Positions 27,873 through 38,872 of a stretch of DNA of 64,000 nt are shown piece after piece (position 1 is the stretch's first letter; every line of letters begins with the position of its first letter). A program made the translations under genes and the position numbers. The notes beneath the pieces were generated by a model that saw nothing but the letters and a program-made list of their open reading frames with translations, ran no database searches and was not told the origin of the DNA. Origin of the DNA: Chloroflexota bacterium (lineage in GTDB: Bacteria; Chloroflexota; UBA11872); contig JAJDVX010000027.1 of assembly GCA_022825895.1 (NCBI GenBank), positions 59,528-123,527 on the forward strand, given 5' to 3'.

Positions 27873-29268
27873 GGCGTCGGTCCTGGCCCGCGACGACGCG
27901 CCGGTCACCGATGACGAGATCGCCGCTGGCCACGCAGCCGTCGGCTACGTTAACGGCCTGATCCAGGGCGCGGCCGGCCCGACCACCCAGCGCACGCTCG
28001 AGCAGTCCATCCAGGCGGGTGAACGCCGCCTGGCCCGCTTCCGCCGTTTCCTCGACAGCCTCGGCAACCCGCAGGACGGTCTCCGCTGCGTCCACGTCGG
28101 CGGCACGTCCGGCAAGGGGTCCGTCGCCGCCAAGCTCGCGGCCGGACTGTCCGCCTCCGGTCTGCGCACCGGCCTGCACTGCACGCCCTACCTGCAAACC
28201 GCCCTGGAAAAATTCGTCTGCGACGGCCAACTGGCCCGGCCCTCGGAACTGGTCGACCTGGTCGACTGGATCCGCCCGTATGTGGACCGATTCGCCGCCA
28301 CCGATCCCGACGGCCAGCCCACCTACGGCATGGTCTGGGTGGCGCTCACGTTGGAGTACTTCACCCGCGCCCGGGTCGACATCGCCGTTATGGAGGTTGG
28401 CGCCGGCGGGCGCTTCGACCTGTCCAACGTCATCAACCCCGACCTGGCGATCATTACCAGCGTGGGCCGCGACCACCTCAAGAGCCTCGGCGGCACGCTC
28501 GAGACCGTGGCGTGGCACAAGGCCGGCATCTTCAAGCCCGATGCAATCGCAATGTGCGGCCCGCTCCCACCCGAGGCCCAGCCGCCCGTGCGCCAAGCCG
28601 CCGCTGCCATCGGCCAGCCGCTGGTCGAGGTTCCGCTGGACGGCGCCGACTTTCGTTCGCGCAACACCCGCCTCGCCGAGGCCGCCCTTGAAGTTCTGGG
28701 CGCTTCGAGCTCCACACTCTCGCCCGAGGTCAGGCAGGCGGTTGCCCGGTGCCGCTTGGCCGGCCGCTTCGAACGCATGCCCGGCCGAACCGCCGTGTAC
28801 CTGGACGGCGCCCACAACCGCGACAAGGCCCGTGCCCTTGGCCAGGTGATTGACGGCGCGGGCCTCCCCCGTCCACGCGTCGGGCTGATTGGCATGGTCG
28901 GCTACCGTGCCGCCGCGGAGGTGCTGCCGCAGTTGCTGCCTCACCTCGACGTCTGGGTGGCCACCGAGCCGCAGGTCTACCGCAAGCCCGCGCTCCCCGT
29001 GGGCCAGCTTGCTGAGGCAGGCGACAAGCTCGGACAGGCCCCCATTGCCCAGGCCACCGACCCGCACGATGCCCTCCAGGCCGCGCTCGCACTGGCCGGC
29101 AACCACGGCTCTGTCGTCGCCGGCGGCTCCGTGTACCTGGCCGGCAACCTGCGCGCCGCCTGGTATCCCACCCTGCAGGTCGTGCGCGCACGCACCATGT
29201 GGCCGGCGATCGGCGCTGCCGGGCCGCACGGCCGCGCCGCGCTGGCCGATACTTACCTACCGACCTGA
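27865..29268 (+). CDS. folC: Folylpolyglutamate synthase / dihydrofolate synthase (Mur ligase family)
   Basis: P-loop VHVGGTSGKGSVAAKL. Mur-ligase middle domain (DIAVMEVGAGGRFD, AIITSVGRDH). C-terminal domain (YLDGAHN). Confidence 0.8.
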   Translation: MPEASVLARDDAPVTDDEIAAGHAAVGYVNGLIQGAAGPTTQRTLEQSIQAGERRLARFRRFLDSLGNPQDGLRCVHVGGTSGKGSVAAKLAAGLSASGLRTGLHCTPYLQTALEKFVCDGQLARPSELVDLVDWIRPYVDRFAATDPDGQPTYGMVWVALTLEYFTRARVDIAVMEVGAGGRFDLSNVINPDLAIITSVGRDHLKSLGGTLETVAWHKAGIFKPDAIAMCGPLPPEAQPPVRQAAAAIGQPLVEVPLDGADFRSRNTRLAEAALEVLGASSSTLSPEVRQAVARCRLAGRFERMPGRTAVYLDGAHNRDKARALGQVIDGAGLPRPRVGLIGMVGYRAAAEVLPQLLPHLDVWVATEPQVYRKPALPVGQLAEAGDKLGQAPIAQATDPHDALQAALALAGNHGSVVAGGSVYLAGNLRAAWYPTLQVVRARTMWPAIGAAGPHGRAALADTYLPT

Positions 29269-29284
29269 GGCGAGGCCGCGACCC

Positions 29285-29695
29285 ATGGACGAGCACGACG
29301 AGGAGGGCCTGACCTACACGCTGGAGGAAGCCACCGAACTCCTGCCCGAGGTCCGCCGCATCGTCGGCAGCCTGCAGCGCGTCTGGATGGAGGCCGGTTC
29401 CGAGCGACAGGCGTTCGAGGTCGCCCAAACCTCCAGTCGCCGCACCCCCGTTGAAGTGAGCCTGGCCCACCAGGCGCTCGTCGCCGCCCTCTGGGACGTC
29501 CAGCCGCTGGTCGCCTGGCTCAGGTCGCGCAACATCGTGCTGCGCGACCCCTCCACCGGGCTGATCGACTTTCCGTCGGAACTTGACGGCGACGAGGTCT
29601 TCCTCTGCTGGCGTCTCGGCGAAGACTCGATCGACTACTGGCACGGCCGCGACGAAGGCTTCGACAACCGCAAACCCCTGCCCCCCGACGCCTGA
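29285..29695 (+). CDS. DUF2203-like conserved hypothetical protein
   Basis: 136 aa. Start ATG (MDEHDEEGLTYTLEEATELLPEVRRIV...) lies within a longer ORF (28889..29695) that continues the previous reading region. The assignment to DUF2203 is from memory. Confidence 0.5.
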   Translation: MDEHDEEGLTYTLEEATELLPEVRRIVGSLQRVWMEAGSERQAFEVAQTSSRRTPVEVSLAHQALVAALWDVQPLVAWLRSRNIVLRDPSTGLIDFPSELDGDEVFLCWRLGEDSIDYWHGRDEGFDNRKPLPPDA

Positions 29696-29757
29696 GCAGA
29701 CGACGACCGGAAGCTGGACAAGTCCCCTCGCTGGGCCTATCAAGATTGTGAAGGTAA

Positions 29758-30885
29758 TTGGACGTGAGCGTCATGGTTGATCGGCATTCCATCCCTCGTA
29801 TCGCATTGGGAATGGCTTCACTATTGGTGGCCCTGGCCGTCGCGATGGCCTGCGACTCGCCTGCCTCCGCGCCCACCGATGCCTCCGCCGACGATCCACA
29901 CCGCATCTTTGTCGTGCACTCGTACAGCGCCGAGTTCTCATGGACCAGGCAACTCCACGAGGGGATCATCCAGGGCCTGGCCCAAAAAGGTCTGATCCGC
30001 GATCGCGACTACCAGGTGCAGACCTTCGAAATGGACACGCGGATCACCTTCACAAGCCCCCAGCAGATCGAACAGCGCGCCACCGAGGCTCTTGACGCCC
30101 TGCGAGCATTCGGGCCCGACCTCCTTTTTGTCACCGACGATGTCGCGCTCGAGCACGTGGCCGTCAGGTACACCCAGGAGAGTCCCGACGCTCCGCTCCC
30201 CACGGTTTTCGCCGGCGCCAATATCGACCCGACGATCTACGCCCCCATCGACAGTCTCGACGAGCCTGGCGGAACCATCACCGGAGCCTTGGAACGCATC
30301 CCGCACACCCAGGCCTTCGCAACCGCTGAGCGGCTATTCCCCGATGCGGCCAGGGTCGTCATCCTCGCCGATGCCGGCCCGGGCGCCGCGGCCGTTCGTA
30401 CCGCCTTCCAGCGCGACGACCAGGCCGCCGCCGTCAGGCCGTTCGAGGTCCTTGACTTTCTCCTGTTGGAAACGTTCGAGGAGTGGAAACGCGCCGTCGT
30501 CGACTATCAGGACACGGCCGACCTCATTGCCGTCGTGAATTTCCATCAGCTCCGCGATGCAAGCGGCGCCATCGTCCCGCCAGCCGACGTGATCGACTGG
30601 ATGGTGGCCGAGAACACCCTGCCCGAGCTCGGCCTCGTGGCCGACTGGGCACGTGACGGCATTCTGGTCGCGGTGGGCAACTCGGGGCTCAAGACCGGAA
30701 CCTACGTCGGCGCACTGGGCGCGGACATTCTCAATGGAGCCGACCCCGCCACCATGCCCATCGTCGATCCGAAACAGACCGACACGAACTTCAACCTGGC
30801 ACGGGCCCGCAGCCTCGGAATCGACTTCGCCGCCAGCGAACTGGCCGAGGCCGATGCTGTCTTCGAGACCATCGGCGGCCGATAG
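29758..30885 (+). CDS. ABC-transporter-type periplasmic substrate-binding lipoprotein (ABC_sub_bind / BMP-like)
   Basis: 375 aa with lipobox AMAC. FVVHSYSAEFSWTRQLHEGI matches the N-terminus of PF04392-type binding proteins. No permease or ATPase is adjacent. Confidence 0.6.
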   Translation: MDVSVMVDRHSIPRIALGMASLLVALAVAMACDSPASAPTDASADDPHRIFVVHSYSAEFSWTRQLHEGIIQGLAQKGLIRDRDYQVQTFEMDTRITFTSPQQIEQRATEALDALRAFGPDLLFVTDDVALEHVAVRYTQESPDAPLPTVFAGANIDPTIYAPIDSLDEPGGTITGALERIPHTQAFATAERLFPDAARVVILADAGPGAAAVRTAFQRDDQAAAVRPFEVLDFLLLETFEEWKRAVVDYQDTADLIAVVNFHQLRDASGAIVPPADVIDWMVAENTLPELGLVADWARDGILVAVGNSGLKTGTYVGALGADILNGADPATMPIVDPKQTDTNFNLARARSLGIDFAASELAEADAVFETIGGR

Positions 30886-30984
30886 GCGCCGAAAACTCCG
30901 GCGGCCGACTGTGCACCTATCCTCGTCCCGGAGCCGAAGCTCCGGGGATCGAGGCGCCGCACCCGTGAGTGCGGGTGGTCTGGA

Positions 30985-31257
30985 CTAGCCTCCCGCCACC
31001 GACGGCACAATCGACACTTCGTCGCCCGGGCCGACTTCGGTGTCGAAGCCCTCGCGGTAACGGATGTCCTCGCCGTCCACGTAGATGTTGACGAAGCGTC
31101 GAAGTTCGCCGTCGTCGTCCAGGATACGTTCGGAGAATCCGGGGTGGGCGGCGTTCAGCTTCTCCACCAGGTCGCCGACGTTCGCGGCGTCGATGTCCAC
31201 GCTGTTCTTGCCGTCCGTCAGGCTGCGGAGCGGGGTAGGGATTCGGACACGGGGCAT
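30985..31257 (-). CDS. MoaD/ThiS/CysO-family sulfur-carrier protein (C-terminal GG)
   Basis: 90 aa beta-grasp protein ending ...SIVPSVAGG. It is 20 nt downstream of the ThrC-like gene on the same strand. Confidence 0.7.
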   Translation of the reverse strand: MPRVRIPTPLRSLTDGKNSVDIDAANVGDLVEKLNAAHPGFSERILDDDGELRRFVNIYVDGEDIRYREGFDTEVGPGDEVSIVPSVAGG

Positions 31258-31277
31258 AAGGGCGTCTCCTGCGCAAT

Positions 31278-32525
31278 CTAGGCTGGCGTCAGCACGCCGC
31301 GGTCGGCCAGCGTCTGCTCAAACGATGTGATGCTCGGTCGGATGTCATAGCGGGCGTCCACACGGCCGTCGATAGCCTCCTGCGTTTTGAGTCCGTTGCC
31401 GGTCACCAGCGCCACCGTCAGGTCGTCCCGAGCGATCACGCCGCGCTCCGCAAGCTTGGCCAATACCGCAATTGTCACGCCGCCCGCCGTCTCCGCAAAA
31501 ATGCCTTCGGTGGAAGCCAGCAGGCGCATGGCGTCCACGATCTCGTCGTCGGTGACGGCTTCGATCACGCCGTCCACTTCCTGTGCCAGCTTCAGCGAAT
31601 AGAACCCATCGGCCGGGTTGCCGATCGCCAGCGACTTGGCCACCGTGTCCGGCTGGCGAACCGGCCGGTACGTGGTCTGGCCGCGGGCGAACGCCTCGGC
31701 CACCGGCGCGCAGCCGTCCGCCTGGGCCCCGTGGATGCGGGTGGACTGGCTGTCCAGCAGCCCCACCTCCACCAACTCCTTCATCGCCTTGCCCATCTTC
31801 GTGTACAGCGAACCGGAGGCGATCGGCGCAACGATGTGGTCCGGCGCCACCCAGCCCAACTGTTCCACCGACTCGAAGGCCAGCGTCTTGGATCCTTCGG
31901 CGTAGTACGGCCGGATGTTGATGTTGCAAAAGGCCCAGTTGTAGAGGTCGGCGATTTCGCTGCACAGCCGGTTCAGTTCGTCGTAGGTGCCTTCCACCGC
32001 CACGATGCCCGCGCCATACACCGCCGCCCCGCGGATCTTGCCCACTTCAAGGTCGGCGGGCATGAATACGTAAGTGGGCATGCCGTGACGCGCCCCGGCG
32101 GCCGACACGGCCCCGGCCAGGTTGCCGGTGGACGCGCAGGCGAAGGTCTCGAACCCGAACTCGCGGGCCTTGGTGATCGCCACCGCCACCACCCGGTCCT
32201 TGAAGGAGTACGTGGGGTTTACGGTGTCGTTCTTGATGTGCAGGTTGGTCAGGCCCAGCCGTTCGCCCAGGTTGTCGGCGCGTTGCAGCGGCGTGAACCC
32301 GACCGGCCATGTCTCGTCCCAGCCCCCCTCCACCGGCAGCAACTCGTGGTAGCGCCACAGCGTGGGCGGCCGGCTGGCGATGGCATCGCGCGAGATGGTC
32401 TCGCGGATGGCCGCGTAGTCGAACTGCGCTTCCAGCGGCCCGAAGTCGAACTCGCAGATGTGCGTGGCTTGCAGCGGATACGCACGGCTGCACTCGCGAC
32501 AGCGAAGCGTCTGAGTCGTGGACAT
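31278..32525 (-). CDS. Threonine-synthase-family PLP enzyme with N-terminal Zn-ribbon (ThrC-like; possibly a carrier-dependent homocysteine synthase)
   Basis: 415 aa. LRCRECSRAY...HICEF is a Cys4-type ribbon. PLP-lysine motif YSFKDRVVA. Fold-type II Gly-rich loop. Confidence 0.75.
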   Translation of the reverse strand: MSTTQTLRCRECSRAYPLQATHICEFDFGPLEAQFDYAAIRETISRDAIASRPPTLWRYHELLPVEGGWDETWPVGFTPLQRADNLGERLGLTNLHIKNDTVNPTYSFKDRVVAVAITKAREFGFETFACASTGNLAGAVSAAGARHGMPTYVFMPADLEVGKIRGAAVYGAGIVAVEGTYDELNRLCSEIADLYNWAFCNINIRPYYAEGSKTLAFESVEQLGWVAPDHIVAPIASGSLYTKMGKAMKELVEVGLLDSQSTRIHGAQADGCAPVAEAFARGQTTYRPVRQPDTVAKSLAIGNPADGFYSLKLAQEVDGVIEAVTDDEIVDAMRLLASTEGIFAETAGGVTIAVLAKLAERGVIARDDLTVALVTGNGLKTQEAIDGRVDARYDIRPSITSFEQTLADRGVLTPA

Positions 32526-33228
32526 GCGGATGATCCTTGGCAGAGGCGCCGACGAAGATGTCAGCGGATGGCGAAGTCCCGAATCGCCGGGTAACCCGGC
32601 TCGCCCGCGTCACGCGCGGGCCCGGCCATCGCCATCGGCCGCTGAGCAGCGTGGGAGAGTTTGCCTCTCACTCCGTCGCAAACCCCTTGGCGCTCCGCGC
32701 CCCGCCCGGGGCGCTGCCTCGCGCCGGTGACCCTCGCATCTCGCAGCTTCCGCTACCGGAATTGGCACCCTCTCGAGCATTCGCTCGAAGGTTGCCCGGC
32801 TTCGTTGGGCCGACTCCCTCCACCAATCTTGATACGAGGTGTGTCACGTCAACCTTGGTGTTCGCGCATCCTAGCACCCGAAACGGCGTCCAGGCGGACG
32901 GCATGGGCCCGTCGAGCGGGAAAAACGCCTCGGACACCCCTCCCAGACGTGCTACGATGGGCGACTGCCTGAAAAGGCATCCGCGCAGTTCGGCGGCGCT
33001 TGATTCATCAGCCGCCCCGGTGGCGCACCGGCCATTATCAGCCGGTCGCGGGCGCGACGGCACCTTAACAGGGGAAGAGTGAGTGCGAGTACTCGCGTCA
33101 TTCCAATGTGTCTGGCGCGACAGTAATCCACGTGATTCGAGGATGACTCGGTGGCTCAGGGCTCCGGTACACCCGGCGCTCTGAAGTAATTGCGATCTGT
33201 ATCACGCCCGCCAGGGCGTGTGTTGAGA

Positions 33229-34752
<1,524 letters not shown>

Positions 34753-34974
34753 TAGGGATGACACCTCCCGGCCTCGGCCGAGAGGTCACCCAGGTTGAGC
34801 GATCACGCGGATCGCCGTTCACCAACGGCAGCCGCGCCAGACCCAAACCCATCGAGTCGACCGGAATGGCCCGACCTCGCACTCACTCTTGCCCTGCTAA
34901 GGAGCCCCACTCTTTCCTACGCGTCTCCGCGCTCGGTTCCCTGTGCACCTGTTGCCAACTGCTAGGCGCGGTCC

Positions 34975-35330
34975 TGTGCCACCATGTACGGGAGCGTCGG
35001 GCCGGTCAGGCGGCCGCTCCGGCTCACGCCGGAGAGGAAAGTCCGCACTTCACAGAGCGCGGTAGCGGGTAACACCCGTCGCCCGAATCGGCTTACGCCG
35101 GCAAGGGCCGGAACAGGGGCACAGTGACGATGCCCGCGCTCCCACCTCGGGAGCGCGGGAGTGAAACGGCTAACCTCTACCGGAAGCAAGGCCAAGTCGG
35201 GACGCCACCAGGCTGCTCGCCCAGTCCCAGGTAGGCTGCACGAGGCCGGCGGCAACGCCGGTCCCAGATAGATGGCCGCCCACGACAGAATGCGGCTTAT
35301 CGACCGGTCCGACGCTCACCGGTCATCGGG
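34975..35330 (+). ncRNA. rnpB: RNase P RNA (bacterial type A); boundaries approximate
   Basis: P4 5' strand GGAGAGGAAAGTCCGC and 3' strand ACAGAATGCGGCTTATCG (compensatory CCGC/GCGG). GGGTAACACCC and GTGAAACGGC conserved regions are present. P2 pairs GAGCGTCGG (34991-) with CCGACGCTC (-35317). I did not resolve P1. Confidence 0.8.
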
Positions 35331-35440
35331 ATCGCTCTCATCCCGTTTCCCCGGCGCCTTCTCGGTTCAGTACGCCTGGCCCGGTCCCCACCTGCCCACA
35401 GGTCATGCCGTCCCGCCCCCGCCGATTCGCTACAATAGCG

Positions 35441-35515
<75 letters not shown>

Positions 35516-35858
35516 CGAAGACCCATTGATTCTGATCTTCTCTACGGGCGGCCGTTTGTTCACGCACTGACTCTGGTCGCTGGCAGAGGAGTCGCAATGA
35601 CGGATCGCCGAGAGCAATCAAGCAGAGGCGCGGTCGCGTTCGGCGAACCCGGAGGCGAACTCGGCGCCTACCAGGATCTCGCGAACGATCACCAAGGCGA
35701 CACCGCCGCCCCCCACCAAATGCAGACAGCCTGCACGAAGGCTTGGAAGGCGGATTCAGCGACAAGGCGCAAAGGAGAGTCGGGACGCAAGCGCAGTGCC
35801 TGCACCAAACCGGATCCAATCTCGGCAAAGCTAGCCTCGCAACTCGTGATGCACGCTA

Positions 35859-36266
35859 ATGCAGTTTCCAATCGTGATACATAAAGACGCGACTAGCAGC
35901 TACGGAGTCACGGTACCCGATCTACCCGGGTGCTTCTCTGGCGGTGAATCGTTTGAGGAGGCCATAACGTCGGCCCACGAAGCTGTTGCTTGTCATATTG
36001 AAGGCTTGCTCATGGATGGCGAGCCTATCCCGGAACGAAAGCCGATTGATCTACATCAAGGCAATCAGGACTACGATAACGGTGTCTGGGCGCTGATTGA
36101 TGTCGATATTTCCAGACTCTCCAGTAAGACCGTGCGCGTCAATATCACGATGCCTTCACGCGTGCTGTCCATCATTGATGAAGCGGCGGCTCGGGAAAGA
36201 GAAACCCGGTCGGGGTTACTCACTCGCGCCGCTCTTCAATTCGTTGACAGACAATCAACTGCATAG
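35859..36266 (+). CDS. hicB: HicB-family antitoxin with C-terminal ribbon-helix-helix (orphan)
   Basis: 135 aa. YGVTVPDLPGCFSGGESFEEAITSAHEAVACHIEGL is the classic HicB N-domain. C-terminal VRVNITMPSRVLSIIDEAAARE is an RHH. I hand-translated 35520-35860 and found no HicA-like ORF. Confidence 0.75.
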   Translation: MQFPIVIHKDATSSYGVTVPDLPGCFSGGESFEEAITSAHEAVACHIEGLLMDGEPIPERKPIDLHQGNQDYDNGVWALIDVDISRLSSKTVRVNITMPSRVLSIIDEAAARERETRSGLLTRAALQFVDRQSTA

Positions 36267-36357
36267 GTATCCGTGATTTAGTCTTGTCGTCTACAGGGAC
36301 AATCCAAGAGCGTCAATATACACACGCGGCGAATCACATTTGGTGGCGTGCGAGCTG

Positions 36358-37347
36358 CTAGGTCGCTGCCGTTAACTCAACTGGATAAATCGGCGTGTCT
36401 TTACCGTAGTGCAATCGCAGCGCCCAGTCCCAGATGCTGAAGTACGGCACCGGCGTCAGCGTCTCGCTGGCCAGCGATCCGGATATCGCCTTTCCGCTCA
36501 ACCCGTCCCAGCGGCTGCCGGTTTCCCGGTCGATGAGGTCGGTTCCGTCGGCGTGGAAGGTGAGGCGACGTCCGTCGACCCGCGCTTGGTAGGTGCGCAC
36601 CAGCCGGCTCTCGGCGTCCGCAAAGGCCACCACCGGCGTGTTGCCAACCACCGCCTGCTGTACGCCGAGTCGCGCCGTCTCGTCGAAGTAGAACCCGGCC
36701 CCCGCGCCTTCGATGTCGACTCCGATGACCCAGATGTCTCTGGGCTGGCTCTGAATGTGAAAGGCGCTGTTGGGCGCGCCAACGGACAGGCGCTGCTTCA
36801 GGACGAGCGTGGTCGGATGCTGCTCGAGCCAGGAGCCCCAGGGCGTCAGTGAAGCGACAATCGGCCTGAGCCGCGCGCCGTCGAGTGGGCCGTCCAGCGC
36901 CTCGCCGAATACCTGGCTCCAGATGCTGCCGGTCTCGTGGTCCCACCAGGTCTGGGCGCCCTTGTAGAGCGCGCCTTGCACGCCCAGGGTCAGGGTTTGC
37001 CCCTCCCACACCCGTTCAAAGACCAGCCCGCTGTAGCACAGCGGGCACCAGGTAATCGCCACCGGCACGCCGCCCACCACGTCGTTCACGATCTCGTAGC
37101 TCACCAGCGGCTCGATGGGATAGGCGCGGGCGTCGCCGTTGATCTCCACCGCCAGCACCATCTCGTGCGGCTTCAGGCTGATGTTGTCAGGCGTGGTCAG
37201 ACTCGGGTTGTAGATCGGCTGGATGGCGTCCCGCAATATCCGCACGTCCCAGCGCAACTCGTACGCCGTCGACCGCTGCGGCAGGAACAGCAGCGCTCCA
37301 ATCACCGCTGCCATGGCCAGTACGCCAAGCACATGCTGTCGTCTCAT
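36358..37347 (-). CDS. DUF3179 family protein (paralog 3; signal-anchored)
   Basis: 329 aa. Shares VAITWCPLCYSGLVF...TWWDHETGS with the two paralogs at 3975-6769. N-terminal hydrophobic anchor. Confidence 0.65.
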   Translation of the reverse strand: MRRQHVLGVLAMAAVIGALLFLPQRSTAYELRWDVRILRDAIQPIYNPSLTTPDNISLKPHEMVLAVEINGDARAYPIEPLVSYEIVNDVVGGVPVAITWCPLCYSGLVFERVWEGQTLTLGVQGALYKGAQTWWDHETGSIWSQVFGEALDGPLDGARLRPIVASLTPWGSWLEQHPTTLVLKQRLSVGAPNSAFHIQSQPRDIWVIGVDIEGAGAGFYFDETARLGVQQAVVGNTPVVAFADAESRLVRTYQARVDGRRLTFHADGTDLIDRETGSRWDGLSGKAISGSLASETLTPVPYFSIWDWALRLHYGKDTPIYPVELTAAT

Positions 37348-37394
37348 GCCACGATCGTAGACGGAAGAAATTCAAGCGGGCCTGACGCGAGCTC

Positions 37395-38870
37395 ATGGAA
37401 TGGTGTGAAGGTGGATGCGTTCGACGTGAGACGGCTCGCCGTGGACGAGCGTCCCTGAAGCCAAGGCGAATCTCCCGTCGCCGTCTGCTGGCTCTAGCTG
37501 CCGTCGCACCTGTGCTGTCGGCCTGCGGCGAGACGGTCGCGCCCAGCCGCCTGTCCCAGCTCTGGCCCGAACCCACGCCGGACCGCGCCGCCGCCCTGGT
37601 CACCGCCGGCTGGCAGGGCTACTGGTATGCCCGCTACGTCGGGAGCCTCATTGCCACTCAGCCCGGCCTCGGCCTGCCGGCCAGCACGGTCGAAGCCAAT
37701 CACCATGCGGCCCTCGCCGCCACGCGGCCGGAGGCGATCCCGATTGCCCTCCCCTTTGCCACCGCCACCGTGGGCGTCCCTGCAACCCCCGGGGAATCGC
37801 CAACGGTGCGGCAGACCGACGGCATCGTCCGCGTCCGCACCGCAGCCCTGTATATGCGGCTCCTCCAGGCCCTGGCCCGCGCCCACACGCTGCGTGCACC
37901 TGAGGCGCCTGCCGCCGCCCGAACGCACGAACTCCGGCTCGCGGCGGCCTACACCGCCCTTGCGGTCGAAACATCCGACCGCATCCAGGCCGACCTGTTC
38001 CGGCCCAGGCTTGGCGTCCTCTTCGACTCCGACGACACCTACGACCCGCTCGGCAACATCGACCTCATCTGGGCCACCGCCGATGCGGCAGGGCTGGCGC
38101 TCGCGTCCGGCAAGAAGGAGACCGCCGCCAGGCTGCGATCCGCGGCCGACCAGCTATATGCCTTCTACCGGAAGAGCCTCCCCGACACCGTCGACGAGGC
38201 TTACCGCACGGTCAGAGCGCAGGCCCGGCTTGGCCCGGTGTCGGCCCGCGACGACTTCCGCGCCTTCATCCCCGTCCAGCAGCGGCGCCTCGCCTACAGG
38301 CTCCGCGACCAGGAACCCGCGGACATCTTCCAAGCCGCCAACGCCCTGTCCGCCCTGATTCGGCTGACCCCGCTGATGCCGCCCGACAGCGGCGTCGGCG
38401 AGCGCGCCGGCGACCTGTTCCTGGACCTGGCCACCTCGTTCGACAGGGAGGATGGCTGGCTGCGGGACCGACTTACGTATACGGCCGACGAAGTCGCGTC
38501 GCTCCTGCGCGCGCTCCGGCTGGCCGCATTCCACGGCCGGCCGCCCATCGAACGCCGCTACGCGCGCGACCTCCTGGTGACGGCCTGGGACGCCCTGGTC
38601 AACCGCAGCGGCCTGATGCGAGGCGCGCCCCCGGGCCGCGCCGACGGGGTCGCCGAATCCTGGGAGCAGCACCTGGAAGACTCGGCCTACCGCCACCCCG
38701 CTGTCCCCGCCAACACCGCCCCGCTCTTCGCGCGATCCGTAACCCGCGATGCCTCCGGCTGGACCTCCGTCGACCCCGCGCTCGACACCGCTTCCGCCCT
38801 CGAACTGGCCCTCGAATCCCTCTGGCTTCACGCCACCTTCGAAGCCTTGAGCGCCGAGTCCGCCGCCTGA
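37395..38870 (+). CDS. Hypothetical lipoprotein (Tat/Sec signal, lipobox LSACG)
   Basis: 491 aa. RRISRRRLLALAAVAPVLSACG. I recognise no catalytic motifs. Confidence 0.45.
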   Translation: MEWCEGGCVRRETARRGRASLKPRRISRRRLLALAAVAPVLSACGETVAPSRLSQLWPEPTPDRAAALVTAGWQGYWYARYVGSLIATQPGLGLPASTVEANHHAALAATRPEAIPIALPFATATVGVPATPGESPTVRQTDGIVRVRTAALYMRLLQALARAHTLRAPEAPAAARTHELRLAAAYTALAVETSDRIQADLFRPRLGVLFDSDDTYDPLGNIDLIWATADAAGLALASGKKETAARLRSAADQLYAFYRKSLPDTVDEAYRTVRAQARLGPVSARDDFRAFIPVQQRRLAYRLRDQEPADIFQAANALSALIRLTPLMPPDSGVGERAGDLFLDLATSFDREDGWLRDRLTYTADEVASLLRALRLAAFHGRPPIERRYARDLLVTAWDALVNRSGLMRGAPPGRADGVAESWEQHLEDSAYRHPAVPANTAPLFARSVTRDASGWTSVDPALDTASALELALESLWLHATFEALSAESAA

Positions 38871-38872
38871 CG

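Noticed and set aside
32526-32760. SAM-I riboswitch call for the ThrC-like leader
   Set aside because: The leader is highly structured, but I could not find the SAM-I core (GAGGGA / GGCCC k-turn / GCAACC) by eye. It is kept only as an unclassified candidate in the findings.
35520-35860. Possible hicA partner upstream of hicB
   Set aside because: I hand-translated all frames and found no HicA-like small protein with a double-stranded-RNA-binding fold motif. The 95 aa ORF 35597..35884 has no similarity. hicB is called as an orphan.
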